A DNA stretch of 35,466 nucleotides, from contig OLMU01003073.1 of assembly GCA_900291995.1 (NCBI GenBank), positions 62,001 through 97,466 of the forward strand, in the 5' to 3' direction. Positions within the stretch are counted from its first letter, which is position 1. The number at the start of each line of letters is the position of its first letter. Both the position numbers and the translations under genes were made by a program. A model generated the notes under the pieces. It ran no database searches and had not been told where the DNA came from. It saw only the letters and a program-made list of their open reading frames with translations. This DNA comes from Licmophora abbreviata (Eukaryota). Below, one piece after another: positions 21,334-33,564 of the stretch.

Positions 21334-22665
21334 ATGATGCGCACTTTGCTCGGTCTCGTTGTAGCCGCGACTACGGCATACTTGGCACATGCCCGATATG
21401 AACCGATGATGAGGACAGTTCCGCCTGGGTGGAATCGTCGAAGTCCATCCCAGAGTCGAAGGCATCGGTCCACTGCACTTTCGTATCCTGACGGCCAGAC
21501 TTCTTCGTCATCGGAAATCCAGCTCTGCTCGGTGCGTTGCAAGTGGACATTTGGTTGATCCCATATAGCTAGGAGTGATTGGTGTCGTCGCTTTCGGGTC
21601 TCTAACCTCTTATGCTATTGTCGTCCATACGCGTTTGTTCATTCCAGAATGGCAGCTTGGCCAAGAACTTACTCCGTGGCGCCTTGCTTCGGGTAACTTC
21701 GGATTTATCTGGCGGAACAGTCCTTGAATCCATCAAGTGTCGTGTTACAGGTACAACGGTATGTTCCCTACCTTGCATGTGTCCTTTCCTGTCGCAAAAA
21801 TCCGGTACAACGACATGCTAAGTTGTATCGTGTCGCACCCCCCTGCTTTGACTGCTATTTTGTAATACAGGATGGGCCGATACAGGCCACTCGGAACATA
21901 ATCAAAGAAGGAGGGATCCTAGCCCTCTGGGCGGGGACCCCGTCTCGCACTGTGGAAGGATCCCTTCTGGGAGCCTTGTTCATTTTGGGATCGACCATTA
22001 CCAAGAAGCAAGTGTTGAATATGGGAGGATCGCCGACCGTCTGCGCGCTAGCGGCTGGATTGGTCGGCGGTGTGGCTCAGTCCATTGTCATGACGCCCGC
22101 TGGAATGATCTTTACCAGTCTCAACTTGAATCGGGGAAAGCCTGGCTACGAGAACGACAATGCTATTACTGTTACCAAACGAATCCTCGACGAGAAGGGC
22201 ATCGCCGGCATGTGTGAGTTGTGTCTATACTGTGCTTGATACTACCATGCTTTGTCAAGCTAACCCCTCACGTTTTTACATTGTTCTCGGTTGCGCCGAA
22301 TCCCAGACTATGGAAATAACCCAATGATGCTTCGGCAGGCGACCAACTGGGCCAGTCGGTCTTGCTTTACGGAGATTGCTAGAACGACCTTCAAGATGTC
22401 TCAGTACGGTTTGTGGGGAGAAATCGGGTCAGGTATCATTGGAGGCGTTGGAAGTTGCTGGAACACGCCGATTGAAACGATTCGAGTCATCACACAGGCT
22501 GATGTGAGCGCCAAACGTCCTACAAAAACGTTTGGTGGGTATTGGGATTCCATTGTGGAAGAGCAGGGTTACGCTGGACTCTTTCGCGGTGTGACGCCAC
22601 GGGCAATTCAAGCCGTATGGCAGACTTGCTTTCTCGTTGTCGTTCCGAATATTCTTGGGATGTAA
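21334..22665 (+). CDS. Mitochondrial carrier family (SLC25) protein with N-terminal signal-peptide-like leader; 4 exons (21334-21531, 21648-21758, 21871-22213, 22307-22665), 336 aa
   Basis: Three GT..CAG introns give a continuous frame. Carrier motifs IIKEGGILALWAG, DEKGIAGMYYG, WNTPIETIRV, EEQGYAGLFRGVTPR. Confidence 0.82.
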
Positions 22666-22962
22666 GAGACTCTGAGGAAAAAGTATAGGATCATGTCTAC
22701 CTGGTACATCCAAGTAGTATTAGCTACAACGACCACGATCTCGAATAGCACCCTTTGGGCCCAGTCCATCATTCATCCGGGTTGAAGCGTAATTCGAGCT
22801 ACATTGCCGCTACATTTCGAGAAACCTCGTATGTGTGATAATTTGGACGGTCCCCTTGCAAAACGTCTGTACGTCTATCGTATTTTGTGTGGTCATCGTG
22901 CGTCGTTTGCTTCGGCGTTCCCACTTTCTCGACGAACGTCTTCACAGGAGCTAAGAGTCAAG

Positions 22963-25944
22963 ATGGTACGCTTTTTCTCGCGTTTTCTGCCGGTTTCTCA
23001 TGTTCTAGACGTATGCCGTTGGGTCTGGGTGATGACGACGATTGATTTGAGTGTTTGAAGGGCTGTTTGGAGGCTGTTCCGGTGAAAAACGATCAATCGC
23101 CACTGCGGTCTTTGATGACATGAGGTGCTACGTGGATCCTCGTAGGATCTTGACGTGGAGAAAGGCATTTCGGGCGAATCTCGCTCTTGAATTGTCGCGG
23201 CGAGTGTCGTCAAACCTCGCCATGCACTTCTTTCACAAGCCAAGCGTCGTCTGCGTCCTTGTGAAAGGCGAGGAGACAGATCTTGCTTTCTCTCGCCGAA
23301 ACAACGTACTCACGCGTGTGCTTCTTCCCTCTGTTTCTCGCTTTAGGTGAACTTTACCGTCGAACAGATGAGGTCCATTATGGACCTCAAGCACAACATC
23401 CGCTCAATGTCCGTGATCGCCCACGTCGACCACGGCAAGACCACCCTCACCGATTCGCTCGTCCAGAAGGCTGGAATTATTTCGGCTAAGGCTGCCGGAG
23501 GTGCTCGCTACACTGACACTCGAGCCGACGAGGCTGAGCGCGGAATTACCATCAAGTCTACCGGCATTTCCATGTTTTTCGAGTACGATATCAAGTCTGG
23601 AGAGATCGTCGGAGATGATGCCATGACTGAAGAGGAGAAAGCTTCCGAGGCTGCTCTTCTGAAAGAGAAGCAGGACACAGAGGCAAACGTCCAGATTAAC
23701 GAAAACTCGTACCTGATCAATCTCATTGATTCTCCAGGTCACGTTGATTTCTCTTCTGAGGTTACTGCTGCTCTTCGTGTGACGGATGGAGCCCTCGTCG
23801 TTGTCGATACGATTGACGGTGTCTGCGTCCAGACTGAGACTGTGCTCCGCCAGGCAATCAGCGAGCGTGTCAAGCCTGTTCTCATGGTCAACAAGGTCGA
23901 TCGCGCTCTTCTCGAACTCCAGCTTCCTGCTGAGGAGCTCTACCAGGCTTTCTGTCGGTCCATTGAGTCCGTTAACGTCATTGTCGCCACCTACAACGAC
24001 GAGAAGCTCGGAAACCTCCAAGTCGACCCCACGAGGGGAACCGTCGCCTTTGGATCTGGTCTTCACCAGTGGGCGTTCACCCTCAAGCGTTTCGCTCGCA
24101 CCTACGGCGCCAAATTCGGCGTCCCCGAGGACAAGATGATGGGCAAGCTCTGGGGCGACTGGTATTTCGATGCCGGACGCAAGGTATGGACCACTTCCGA
24201 CAAGGGAGGCACCCTCGAGCGTGCGTTCTGCCAGTTCATCATGACTCCAATCACCACGTTGTTCGAGGCCATCATGGCGGAGAAGCACGGAAAGGTCAAC
24301 AAGATGCTCAAGGCCATTGGTGTGGAGCTCAAGGGAGACGAGAAGGAGCTTATCGGAAAGCAGCTTCTTAAGCGTGTCATGCAGAAGTGGCTTCCCGCTG
24401 GTGACACTGTGTTGGAGATGATTGTGCTCTATCTCCCTTCGCCCGCACAGGCGCAGAAGTACCGTGTCGACACTCTCTACGACGGTCCTCTCGACGACAA
24501 GACCGCCACTGCCATCCGCACTTGCGACACTTCTCCTGGCGCTCCGTTGTGCATGTACATTTCCAAGATGGTCCCCACCTCTGATAAGGGACGTTTCTAT
24601 GCCTTTGGACGTGTTTTCTCCGGAAAGATCGCCACCGGCCAGAAGGTTCGTATCATGGGACCCAACTACGTCGCAGGCAAGAAATCCGAGCTCTGGATCA
24701 AGAACATCCAGCGTACGGTTATCATGATGGGACGCTACACCGAACAGGTGGCCGACGTGCCCGCCGGTAACACTTGCGCTCTTGTTGGTGTCGATCAGTA
24801 CCTCCTCAAGTCGGGTACCATCTGTACTGAAGAGGATGCTCACACCATTAAGACCATGAAGTTTTCTGTGTCTCCGGTCGTGCGTTGCGCCGTCGAGCCC
24901 AAGAACTCTGCCGACCTCCCCAAGCTTGTCGAGGGTATGAAGCGTCTCGCCAAATCTGACCCAATGGTGTTGTGTTACACGGAAGAGTCCGGAGAGCACA
25001 TTATTGCGGCGTCTGGAGAGCTCCATCTGGAGATTTGTCTTCAGGATCTTCAGAACGATTTCATGGGAACCGAGGTCAAGGTTTCCGATCCTGTCGTGTC
25101 GTTCCGTGAGACGTGCACGGCCAAGTCTAGCCAGACTTGTCTTGCAAAGTCTGCCAACAAGCATAATCGTCTGTTTGTAGAGGCCGAACCCCTTGGACCG
25201 GAGGTTTGCACAGCCATTGATGACGGAGAGATTAAGGCTGGAGATGAAGCGAAGGCTCGCGGACGCCTTCTCGCCGATGAATACGACTGGGATGTGTCCG
25301 AAGCGCGTAAGATCTGGGCTTTTGGACCCGAAGGAACTGGTCCCAACATGTTCGTTGACACGACCAAAGGAGTCAACTACCTGATGGAAATCAAGGAGTC
25401 CGTCGTTGGAGGTTTCGCGTGGGCAACTCAGAATGGCCCCTTATGCGAGGAGCAAATGCGCGGATGTCGCTTCAACTTGATGGACGTCGTGCTTCACGCA
25501 GATGCTATTCACCGTGGAATGGGACAGATCATGCCTACCTCTCGTCGTGTCTGCTTCTCTTCTATGATGCTTGGAGAGCCCGGTCTGCTTGAGCCCGTCT
25601 ATCTCTGTAACATCTCCGTGCCACAGGAGGCCATGGGTAACGTGTACGGTGTCTTGACTCGTCGCCGTGGTCACGTGTTTACGGAAGAGCAGAAGCCTGG
25701 AACTCCACAGATGACACTGCTTGCCTACCTTCCCGTCATGGAATCGTTCGGTTTCACTGCCGATTTGCGTTCCCACACAGGAGGAAAGGCATTCCCTCAG
25801 TGCTCATTCGATCATTGGGAAGCAATGAGTGGTTCACCATACGATGCCGGCACTAAGACCCATGAGGTCGTGCTTTCTGTCAGGAAGCGCAAGGGTCTTG
25901 CCGAGGGCGTTCCTGAGATGGCCAAGTACCTCGACAAGCTCTAA
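22963..25944 (+). CDS. EEF2: Eukaryotic translation elongation factor 2; coding exon 1 = ATG only (22963-22965), intron 22966-23346, exon 2 23347-25944
   Basis: ATG|GTACGC...TACTCAC...TTTAG|GTGAAC gives the canonical MVNFT start. Motifs [28 protein letters not shown], and diphthamide loop HADAIHRG. Strong codon bias. Confidence 0.98.
22966..23346 (+). other. Long (381 nt) first intron of eEF2 containing six predicted hairpins
   Basis: GT donor at 22966, branch-like TACTCAC at 23307-23313, polypyrimidine tract, TAG acceptor at 23346. Inverted repeats are listed in findings. Confidence 0.85.
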
Positions 25945-26199
25945 GTGATGTGTCAGTCAACAGGAAACGAATTACTTGACTGCCGGTAGATGGTACTTCT
26001 AGCGAATTTATTTGTTGAACGGTAATCATAGGTTATAGTTAGCTGGTAGAATTGAGCAGCACAACTCGCGGCGAGTGCGATTTCAACTTGTAAGCTGGCC
26101 TCAGCGGCTGTCTTACCGCCCGGAGCGCGGCTACCCAATGAGTAGCTTCCGCGGACACATCATCGTCCAGCGGAGTTGCTAGCTACAATTTCTGTCTCC

Positions 26200-29100
26200 T
26201 TAGTGTCTCTGCGGAGCTGGTGGATGTCTCTGAAGCTGCTGAGGCGGCTGAAGCGCTGATGGTCTGTGAGACAGCACAGCGGATCCCGCCGCGGAGATTG
26301 GTCTGGTTCCACTTCGACTTGCTCGTTTCTTGTCTGTGACATCAAGAAGCTGTAAAGGCCACATCTCAGACCTGGTACCAGACGCTGAACTAGCAATCGC
26401 TTGAATTGTTTGAGCATGTGAAGCATGAGAAGGTACAAGCGCTGGCTTCTGTTCGCCCATGCCTACGCCAGGAATGGTCAGTGGAAACTCCTGTTTCTTC
26501 GAGGCGGATTTCCTTACTGTCTCAAATGATCGCCTTGCGTGACTCGCCTGATTGCTCGAGGGTGGTGCTTGGTCGTCTGCTGTTGCGCGCGCTTCCTTGT
26601 CGTCCGACGAAGTTTCGTCCACAGAGATGAATGACAGCGGGGCAAGCAGCGACAGATGCTTTTCCATGGGCGACCCATGGTCGTCAGAGTCGCCAAGACG
26701 AGAAGAGGGCGATTCCACTGACGACAATAGATCGATTGTTGATAAGTTTCCCATCTTCATGGCTTTGTCAGCCAAGTCTGGATTGCTTGCCAGGAGAATG
26801 TCCCAGCGATCTCGACACTGTCGAGCGGACCGGCGTTCTCGCCATCCAATATGGAATGACTCGGAGTCGTGAAGACAATTAATGGCCTTCGCCACAAGCT
26901 GCCAGTTCTCTCCCAGTCGAAGGACGCTGTTCGTCAGTGTCCGGTCCTCTTCGCTTGTCCACGGACTTGCCTGCCGGCTATCCAAGCGCTGATGGGTGAC
27001 CTTCACGCCCATTGGAAGACTCATACCGTTGCGAGGCCTTGGCCGTTGGACACCGGCCATTCCAGTGGGGGAAGAGAGAAAGCCAACTTGGAACGGGCCG
27101 AAATCAACTCGTCGGGGAGAGACAGACGTCTTTTGTCTTGCAGTGAGTTCAGTTATTGCCTTTGACAACGCATTTTCTCCTGTGTGTGTCGTCGACGAGT
27201 CCATTCTCAAAACCCCGCTCGTCCATCGTCGTCGGCGAGATGCTTCCTTACTCCAGTCAGTGCCCTTTTCCGATGGAAGCGGGAATCCGGGACCACTACC
27301 GAGCGCATTGCTAGAGTTGAGAGCTGCTTGAGATGCTCGAAACAAAACCTTATTCCGAATCCTTACAGACGCAAGTCGGAAATGAGGAGAATGAAAGAGA
27401 GAGACACCGAAGTGGCCTTGTCGTCCGAGCAACATCGATATTGCCTTCTGCCTGGCGGAATCGACTTGAATTTTCGCTGCAACTCTGAAAGCCGATGAGG
27501 AGTTCGCTGGCATGTCTTGACCACGCCTTCTTCCCTTCTTACTTGGTTGTCCGCCGTTCTCCCCAGTTGAAATTCCATACGGAGCCCCGTACGGAGCCGA
27601 AGCTGTAGCTGTGCCTGATGCAGCAGAAGTTAATTGCCCCCAAGGTACTCCCGCGATCCCGGACGAGTAAGAGGATGATGTTAGAGGGTTCGCACTAAGA
27701 CCCACGTTGCTCTGTAGGTACATCCGCTTCGTAACAAAAAGAAGCATCGATTTGATGCGGCTCTCGTCATAATCAGAAGTGGTGGAGGCTTCTGCTTCGT
27801 CAGCGTCACACGCCAGCATGTCGGAGAAGTCATGGGAATTGCCCAGACCAGACGAATCGAAAGGGTCTCTCCAACCGCTGTAAGCAAGTGAGTCTACTTC
27901 CAGTAGTGAAGCTTCTCGGACAGAATCTTCCGGCGATGCTAGCACGCCGATTCCTAGCAGCCCATAATCTTCACCAAAATCAAGTAGATTTGAAGCGTTG
28001 TCACCTCGCGATGCATCGTCCTCCGTGACAATCGATGCCTCCACCGTCCTCTCGATTTCATCAGGTTTGGTTGTAGAGGGCGTGTGAACAGAACCTGCAG
28101 TATAGCCCGACCGTGTCACCTCACCTGGCGGTGAAGCCTCTTGCAAGGCTACCGCGCCATCTACCGTTCCCTCTACAGCGACCTTCACCGCGCCGGATTC
28201 AACCCGAGGACGCTTTGAGTTCCGCTCGAAACTCCTGTTCGTATCTAAAGCCTTTCGCTTCTGCACGTCGTCTGAGTCTGTTGATATGTGGGAGGAACCC
28301 AGCGGCCCCGGATCTTCTTGGATACTTCTACCTTGACGAAGCTCTGCTGCGTGACGCAGCTCCAGCCTAGCACGCTTTGTAGCACGCAAAATCCCAGGGA
28401 AACGAGGCGGGAAGTAAATGTAGGGTTCCGCGCCCTGATTCCCATCTCGGACCATGCTGTACCTGCCTTCTCTACAGTTCGTGAATGACTCGGCGAAAGC
28501 ATTCGTTCGAGAGGCAACGTGCGAACTTGGGCCAGCTTCACTTTCCAGTAAGGGTCCATGCGACATGATATCACTGCCTTCTGGTTGCACAACGGTGCCA
28601 TCGCGTCCGTCTAGTCTCTCAATCACTGAAATGGGAGAGCGATACGTGAGCAGCGCAGAAGCCACGTCTCCAGGTTTGCTGCTGAGACCGCTCTTGTGCC
28701 AAGCATCTGCCAAGTCGACGCTGTCAGAAGACACCAGCTCCGCCGAAATTCCGAGCCCAGACGGTCGAATTTCCGATGAATGACCGGTCGATGAAGATGA
28801 AGAGACACCCTGTGAAGAACCAAACTCCTTGCCAAGCTTCTCTACCAAGGCTCGAGTTGATATCGTTGACAAGTCATGTCGAGCCATAACGTATTCGGGT
28901 AGACTCTCTGGCATGGGCGGAATAGTGTTGAGATAGGAGGTAGATAATGCCGATACCGCTCTTGGTTGTCCATTTAAGTCGAAGCAAGGTAGATCATTCT
29001 CGAGTGCAAGAAGACTGCGTAGCAAGAATGCTGCAATCTCGGGATCTGCGAAGCTCGGCTTCGTAGTATCAGCATGTTTCGATATGAAGGGGAGGAAAGC

Positions 29101-32100
29101 CATCTGCCGACCAGAGAAGAGGTCGGGTTGCATTTGATTGGGCGTGCATAGTACCGTCGACATGGACTGGTCTCGAAATCGGAGAATAGACTGGCCAGGG
29201 AGAGCAGCATCAAAACCTGGGGCCATGTTGGAATCATAGTTGTGCGAGTCACTTTTCGTCTCAATGTCTGGCAGATAGAGACCGCCAAATACGTTTGCTC
29301 TCCATTTCAGTTCCCTCGGCACGATCTCGATAGCCGGTTGATTCCCGTCGCTCCCCCTTGAAAAGAACTTTTCTTCGCAAGTGTTTTCACAGACCAGTCT
29401 AACAAGCTGATATTTGAATGACGTATCTGTCGGCTTTCTGAAGGCTTCGGTGCTCTTCATAGCTTCCAGCGATCTCGCCCACGTTTGATTGCACCGATGA
29501 GCAATTCGATCCATTACATTCTCCCCGCGGCCACTCCAGTCTTCGTCTAAACATATCACCACCTCCGCCGATTCTATTCCGAGCCCCCCATAGTCAGATC
29601 CAATCGTCATCGGCGAGGTGACCAACACATCGCACCGTACGACGCCAACTGGCAGCATCATCGATCCATCCGAAGCAGCTTGGACGATCGGAACCCCAGC
29701 ATTGAACTCAGAAAGGGCTATCTGCGATTCTATCCATGCCAGCGCCTCCACCTGTTCGTCGCGTCGCTGTGTTGGAGAGAGCATCTCGCTGTGCGAGCCT
29801 TCAGATTGAGAGTATTCTCTTAACAGCAGTTCATGGGGCACTCCAATAGCGTTGAGCAGTATGGATGTGAGTAGCTGCGCTTGCGGCATTGTCGCCAGAA
29901 TTGCAATCTTCGTTGCCCTATGCTCTTGAGACTTCGGCTTCCTTGTATTCGAGTCGGTCTTCTGTAAAACTTCAACCAGAGCAGGCGTTGTATGAAGAGA
30001 GCCCAGATCTCGCAAGACGCCAACAAGCTCCCGAAGTTTTGCAGATCCATTGAGAATGTCAACGGCCAGGTCATCATTGCGCTGGGAGACACTCTGCGAT
30101 ATGCGCCGGGCAACAGGATTTCCAGATGTGCCTCCACGAGTCAAGCTCCGGAACGATGCCTTTGCCAGAACTCGATCCAGACGAGCGTGCATGCAGAGCT
30201 TCCGTAGTCTAGTTAGTGCGTCGGCGGCGAGAGTGCACTGTTCGGAAATCAGCAGCGAATCAGTAGGATCCTCAATTCCTCCAAAGGAAAGGGCGCCGCG
30301 CATACCCCTGCAGCACTGCTCATACTCCTGTCGCTGAGTGCTAGGAACTGAACATGGGCGGAGTTCCCACTTGGAGACCAGGCGTTTCTCGCGGGCAGAC
30401 GAGCCTTCCCCGCTGTCAATTTCGTGAACGAACGGTGAAAGGGTGGCAAGAAGATGTCTCAAAACGTTCTCGAATCTCGATTTTTCCGTGTCTTCTCTTG
30501 ACTTCTTCACGCAATGCTTGGCCCAGGATACCACTTTGTGCTGCGTAGTGGTGGGTTTGTTGTCAAAGAAAACGTGTGGACCCAGAACGAAAGCCGATTT
30601 TGCTGCAACAAACTCGATATGCTGGCGCTCGGTGATCACATCACACCTGATGCCGTATTCAGCGAAGTTTCGTAGATACCCGTGGTTCTCAATAAACATT
30701 CGTCGGGGCGCTCCTTGTCTCAACGACGACAGAATGGACGCCCACCACGATCTCGACAGCAATTGTGCTGGGACAAGCCTATCACTTGGTGTTCGCGGCA
30801 AGTTATCGCTGGCACCGTTCGCATTGTCTTCTTGCCAGTTTCGCCCACCAGACGCAATCGATTCCAGGGGATGTCTTGAATCAAGAGTGACTGAGTAGAA
30901 AGACGAGAGATCTATCGTTGCTTGTTCGGTGCCTTCATCCGGGAAGAGTGACGAAAATTCGCAAATCACAACGTCCCCCGGGCCGTAGGACTTCACGAGA
31001 TCCTCTTCACGCAAAGGACTACTTATGCCACATGTGAACCCAAATATTCTGACCTTGATTCCGATAAATCGGTTGAATTCGTGTGTCCATCGTATCTGTG
31101 CGAGCGCCGATTATTGACGTGAGAGGGCATGCTGAGAACGGACGTGGGTGACACACACACAGAGAGCACTTACTAGGCGTGCAGGAGAGCACGCGAGCAG
31201 TTGTGCACCCTGCTTGCGACTTCGCCACAAGAGAGAGCAAGTCACAAGAGTCTTGCCACTCCCGGAACGCCCGTCCAGAACCGCTCCGCTGAGACTATCT
31301 TCGCTCCATACGAACTCCAGGAACTCAATCGCTTTTTGTTCGGTATCTGTCAAAGGAACACTTTTGTCGAACGACTTCGAACGACCTCGCTTTGCTTTCT
31401 TTCCACTTACGATGCGATCAGTTTGTGAGGCAACAGCTTCTGAAATGCGGTCGTGAGCGTCGCCTCTTGTTTCTTCCTTGAAATGGGAATCTGCTTTCAT
31501 TCCCAATGCCTTAGAGCGTAGCTCTGGCGGAGTGTCACTTGTTTCCCTTTCTTCTTCTTTTTGAGTATCGGCAGCCGAGCCCGGTTCCCCATCGGCTCGA
31601 CTCGATTCCTTCGATATAGATTTTTCTATGGCCCTGAAGCGTCGAAGTGACAACCTTTGGGCTTCGTCAGACTTGGAAAACGCCCCAGCCTCGACGGTCG
31701 CGTCCCAGATCTCGGACACCATGGTCGACATGATTGATGCAGAAGTCCGAACTTTCTTGATAGCAGATGTATTCGGGTGAGAATATTCCTGGAGCCCACA
31801 TTCCATCGTACTGAGCGTGGTTGTCTCATCGACATATATCATTTGAACATCTTCGTCGATTGACGCTTTTCCTTGAACAGGAGTGCATTCTGCTGAAAAC
31901 TCAGCTTTCGTTTTCTTGGCACAGGGACGCCCCGAGGACGGAGGTGCCTTCAGATTCTTCGTGACGACCGATGATGCCAGAGTTCGAGCTGACGATTCCT
32001 TCCATTTGCGCTCCTCCACAAAATCTGACGCCATCCATCGCATCTCTTCCAAAAGATAATCCCAGTGGGTTTTCCGGCGATTCGGAAGTTTTGAAGGCAT

Positions 32101-33342
32101 TGTTGGTGCTGGCCTCCAATCGTATACGGAGCTCGGAAGAGCGGACCGGACTGGTTTCGCCCCTGTTCTCTCATCTGCTCGTCGCTTTCGCTCACGCAAC
32201 AAGGAAGAGAGCTTGGCTCGAATCATAGTACGCCGCTCACGAAGTGACTGAGCTTCCGGATAGTCAACTTTAGAACGAGGAACAACAAGCTCGTTTCGCG
32301 GAAGAACGCTTGCCCGCGCCGCAAGATGCAAAGGGCCTGGACGAGGCCGGAATGCTGACGAGGAGGAAGCCCGGGGCCCTCCTCCAGATTTAGAAAGCTC
32401 ACGACCAATCGAACGCTTCGCCGCTTTAGTTCCCAGCGACGTGCTGCCATCCGTTGTCTCCCCTTTCACAGGTTGTATGCGTTTCGAGACCGATGACTGC
32501 TTGATATTGAGCAGTTGCCCGGAAGGCGAGCCCACGGCAGCGGGCGGTTGCGCGAGCGGATTCATGCCTGCGATCCGAGATGCGTCTATATGAGAGCCTG
32601 TCTCGGACGACGTTGGCAGTGACATTGTGTGAGCCCCCGGAGCGAGGGACGACAACGCCGCATTCATTCGCTTCCCTACGCTCGACCCACGACGCAAGGA
32701 TACCGACGTTCTCTTCTCCGGAACGGCGTCGCTCGTCGCCCGGTACTTTCTTGAAAGTTGATTCGACAGTCGAGTCAATTCCCGATATTCGCCGATTTCC
32801 TCTTCGTCAGTCAGCACCTTTGGCTCTTTTGTACTGACAGCCGATGTATTGTCGGGCCCCGGTTGAGTTTTCGGCTCGGATTCATTTGTACTAGAGGGCA
32901 AGGGCAATGGCCTCTTCTTTCGCAACGCTTTCGCATTCTCCCCAAGTCGGATTTCAGCAGCAGTCTTACACTTTCGCATTCGGTCCAGCAGAGTTCTTCT
33001 ATGTAATAGCAGTGCCTTCAGCCTTTCTTCTCGGGTACCCGTCGGCCTGGGCGAAGGAACACGCTGAATTTCGTTTTCAACCCCTGAAGCTTCCTTTCCA
33101 TCGACGTCCATGGCTTCTGGGGTCTCCCCTTGACCCGTTTGTTCTTCTTCAGGTAATGGTGTGGACGAAGACTGCGGCTGCTCATCGGCATCATTGTCGG
33201 CTTCCTCACTTTTTCCGGCCATGACAGCCTCCTCATTGACGTTTTCACTCGGCGAGCTTTGCGGTCTGGCCCTGCTTCGACCTCGCGATGACGTCCCCGC
33301 AGCGGCTTCGCCTCGGTCGCGTTTTCGACGAGTAGAATTCAT
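26200..33342 (-). CDS. Eaf1/EP400(Domino)-like chromatin protein: HSA domain, degenerate SNF2-type ATPase, SANT/Myb domain; 2 exons (33342-31174, 31095-26200), 2354 aa
   Basis: HSA RRKTHWDYLLEEMRWMASDFVEERKWK; Walker A-like GAVLDGRSGSGKT. The GTAAGT..CAG intron 31096-31173 restores motif Ia-like CSPARL|IRWTHEFNRF. Also LRKLCMH, GSAKLREL, GGLGIESAEVVICLDEDW, and SANT WTSEEDRTL...NWQLVA...RSARQCRDRW. Confidence 0.85.
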
Positions 33343-33564
33343 GGAAGAGTCAAGTTCGCATGGAATTTGATGATTTTACCCACAAAGACTTGTTCGCAAT
33401 AAAACAACTGACAATGGTAGAGGACAGGAACGGCAATCAACTCTGAATTCACCAGCAGTACTGCTGAGGATGCGTACTGCTGCAGATTTCATTTCGCGCG
33501 ACCGCACCGCGCCACTGGTTTGATATTCAATACTTCACCTACAGAGGTGAGGACATCCATGAAC

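Noticed and set aside
23029..23190. C/D-box snoRNA in the eEF2 intron (GTGATGA at 23029-35, TTGATGA at 23112-18)
   Set aside because: There is no CTGA D box anywhere in the intron and I could not identify an rRNA guide, so it is not callable as a C/D snoRNA.
23404..25164. 586-aa antisense ORF inside eEF2
   Set aside because: It mirrors the eEF2 codon frame. Strong codon bias in highly expressed genes removes antisense stops, and the translation has no recognisable motifs.
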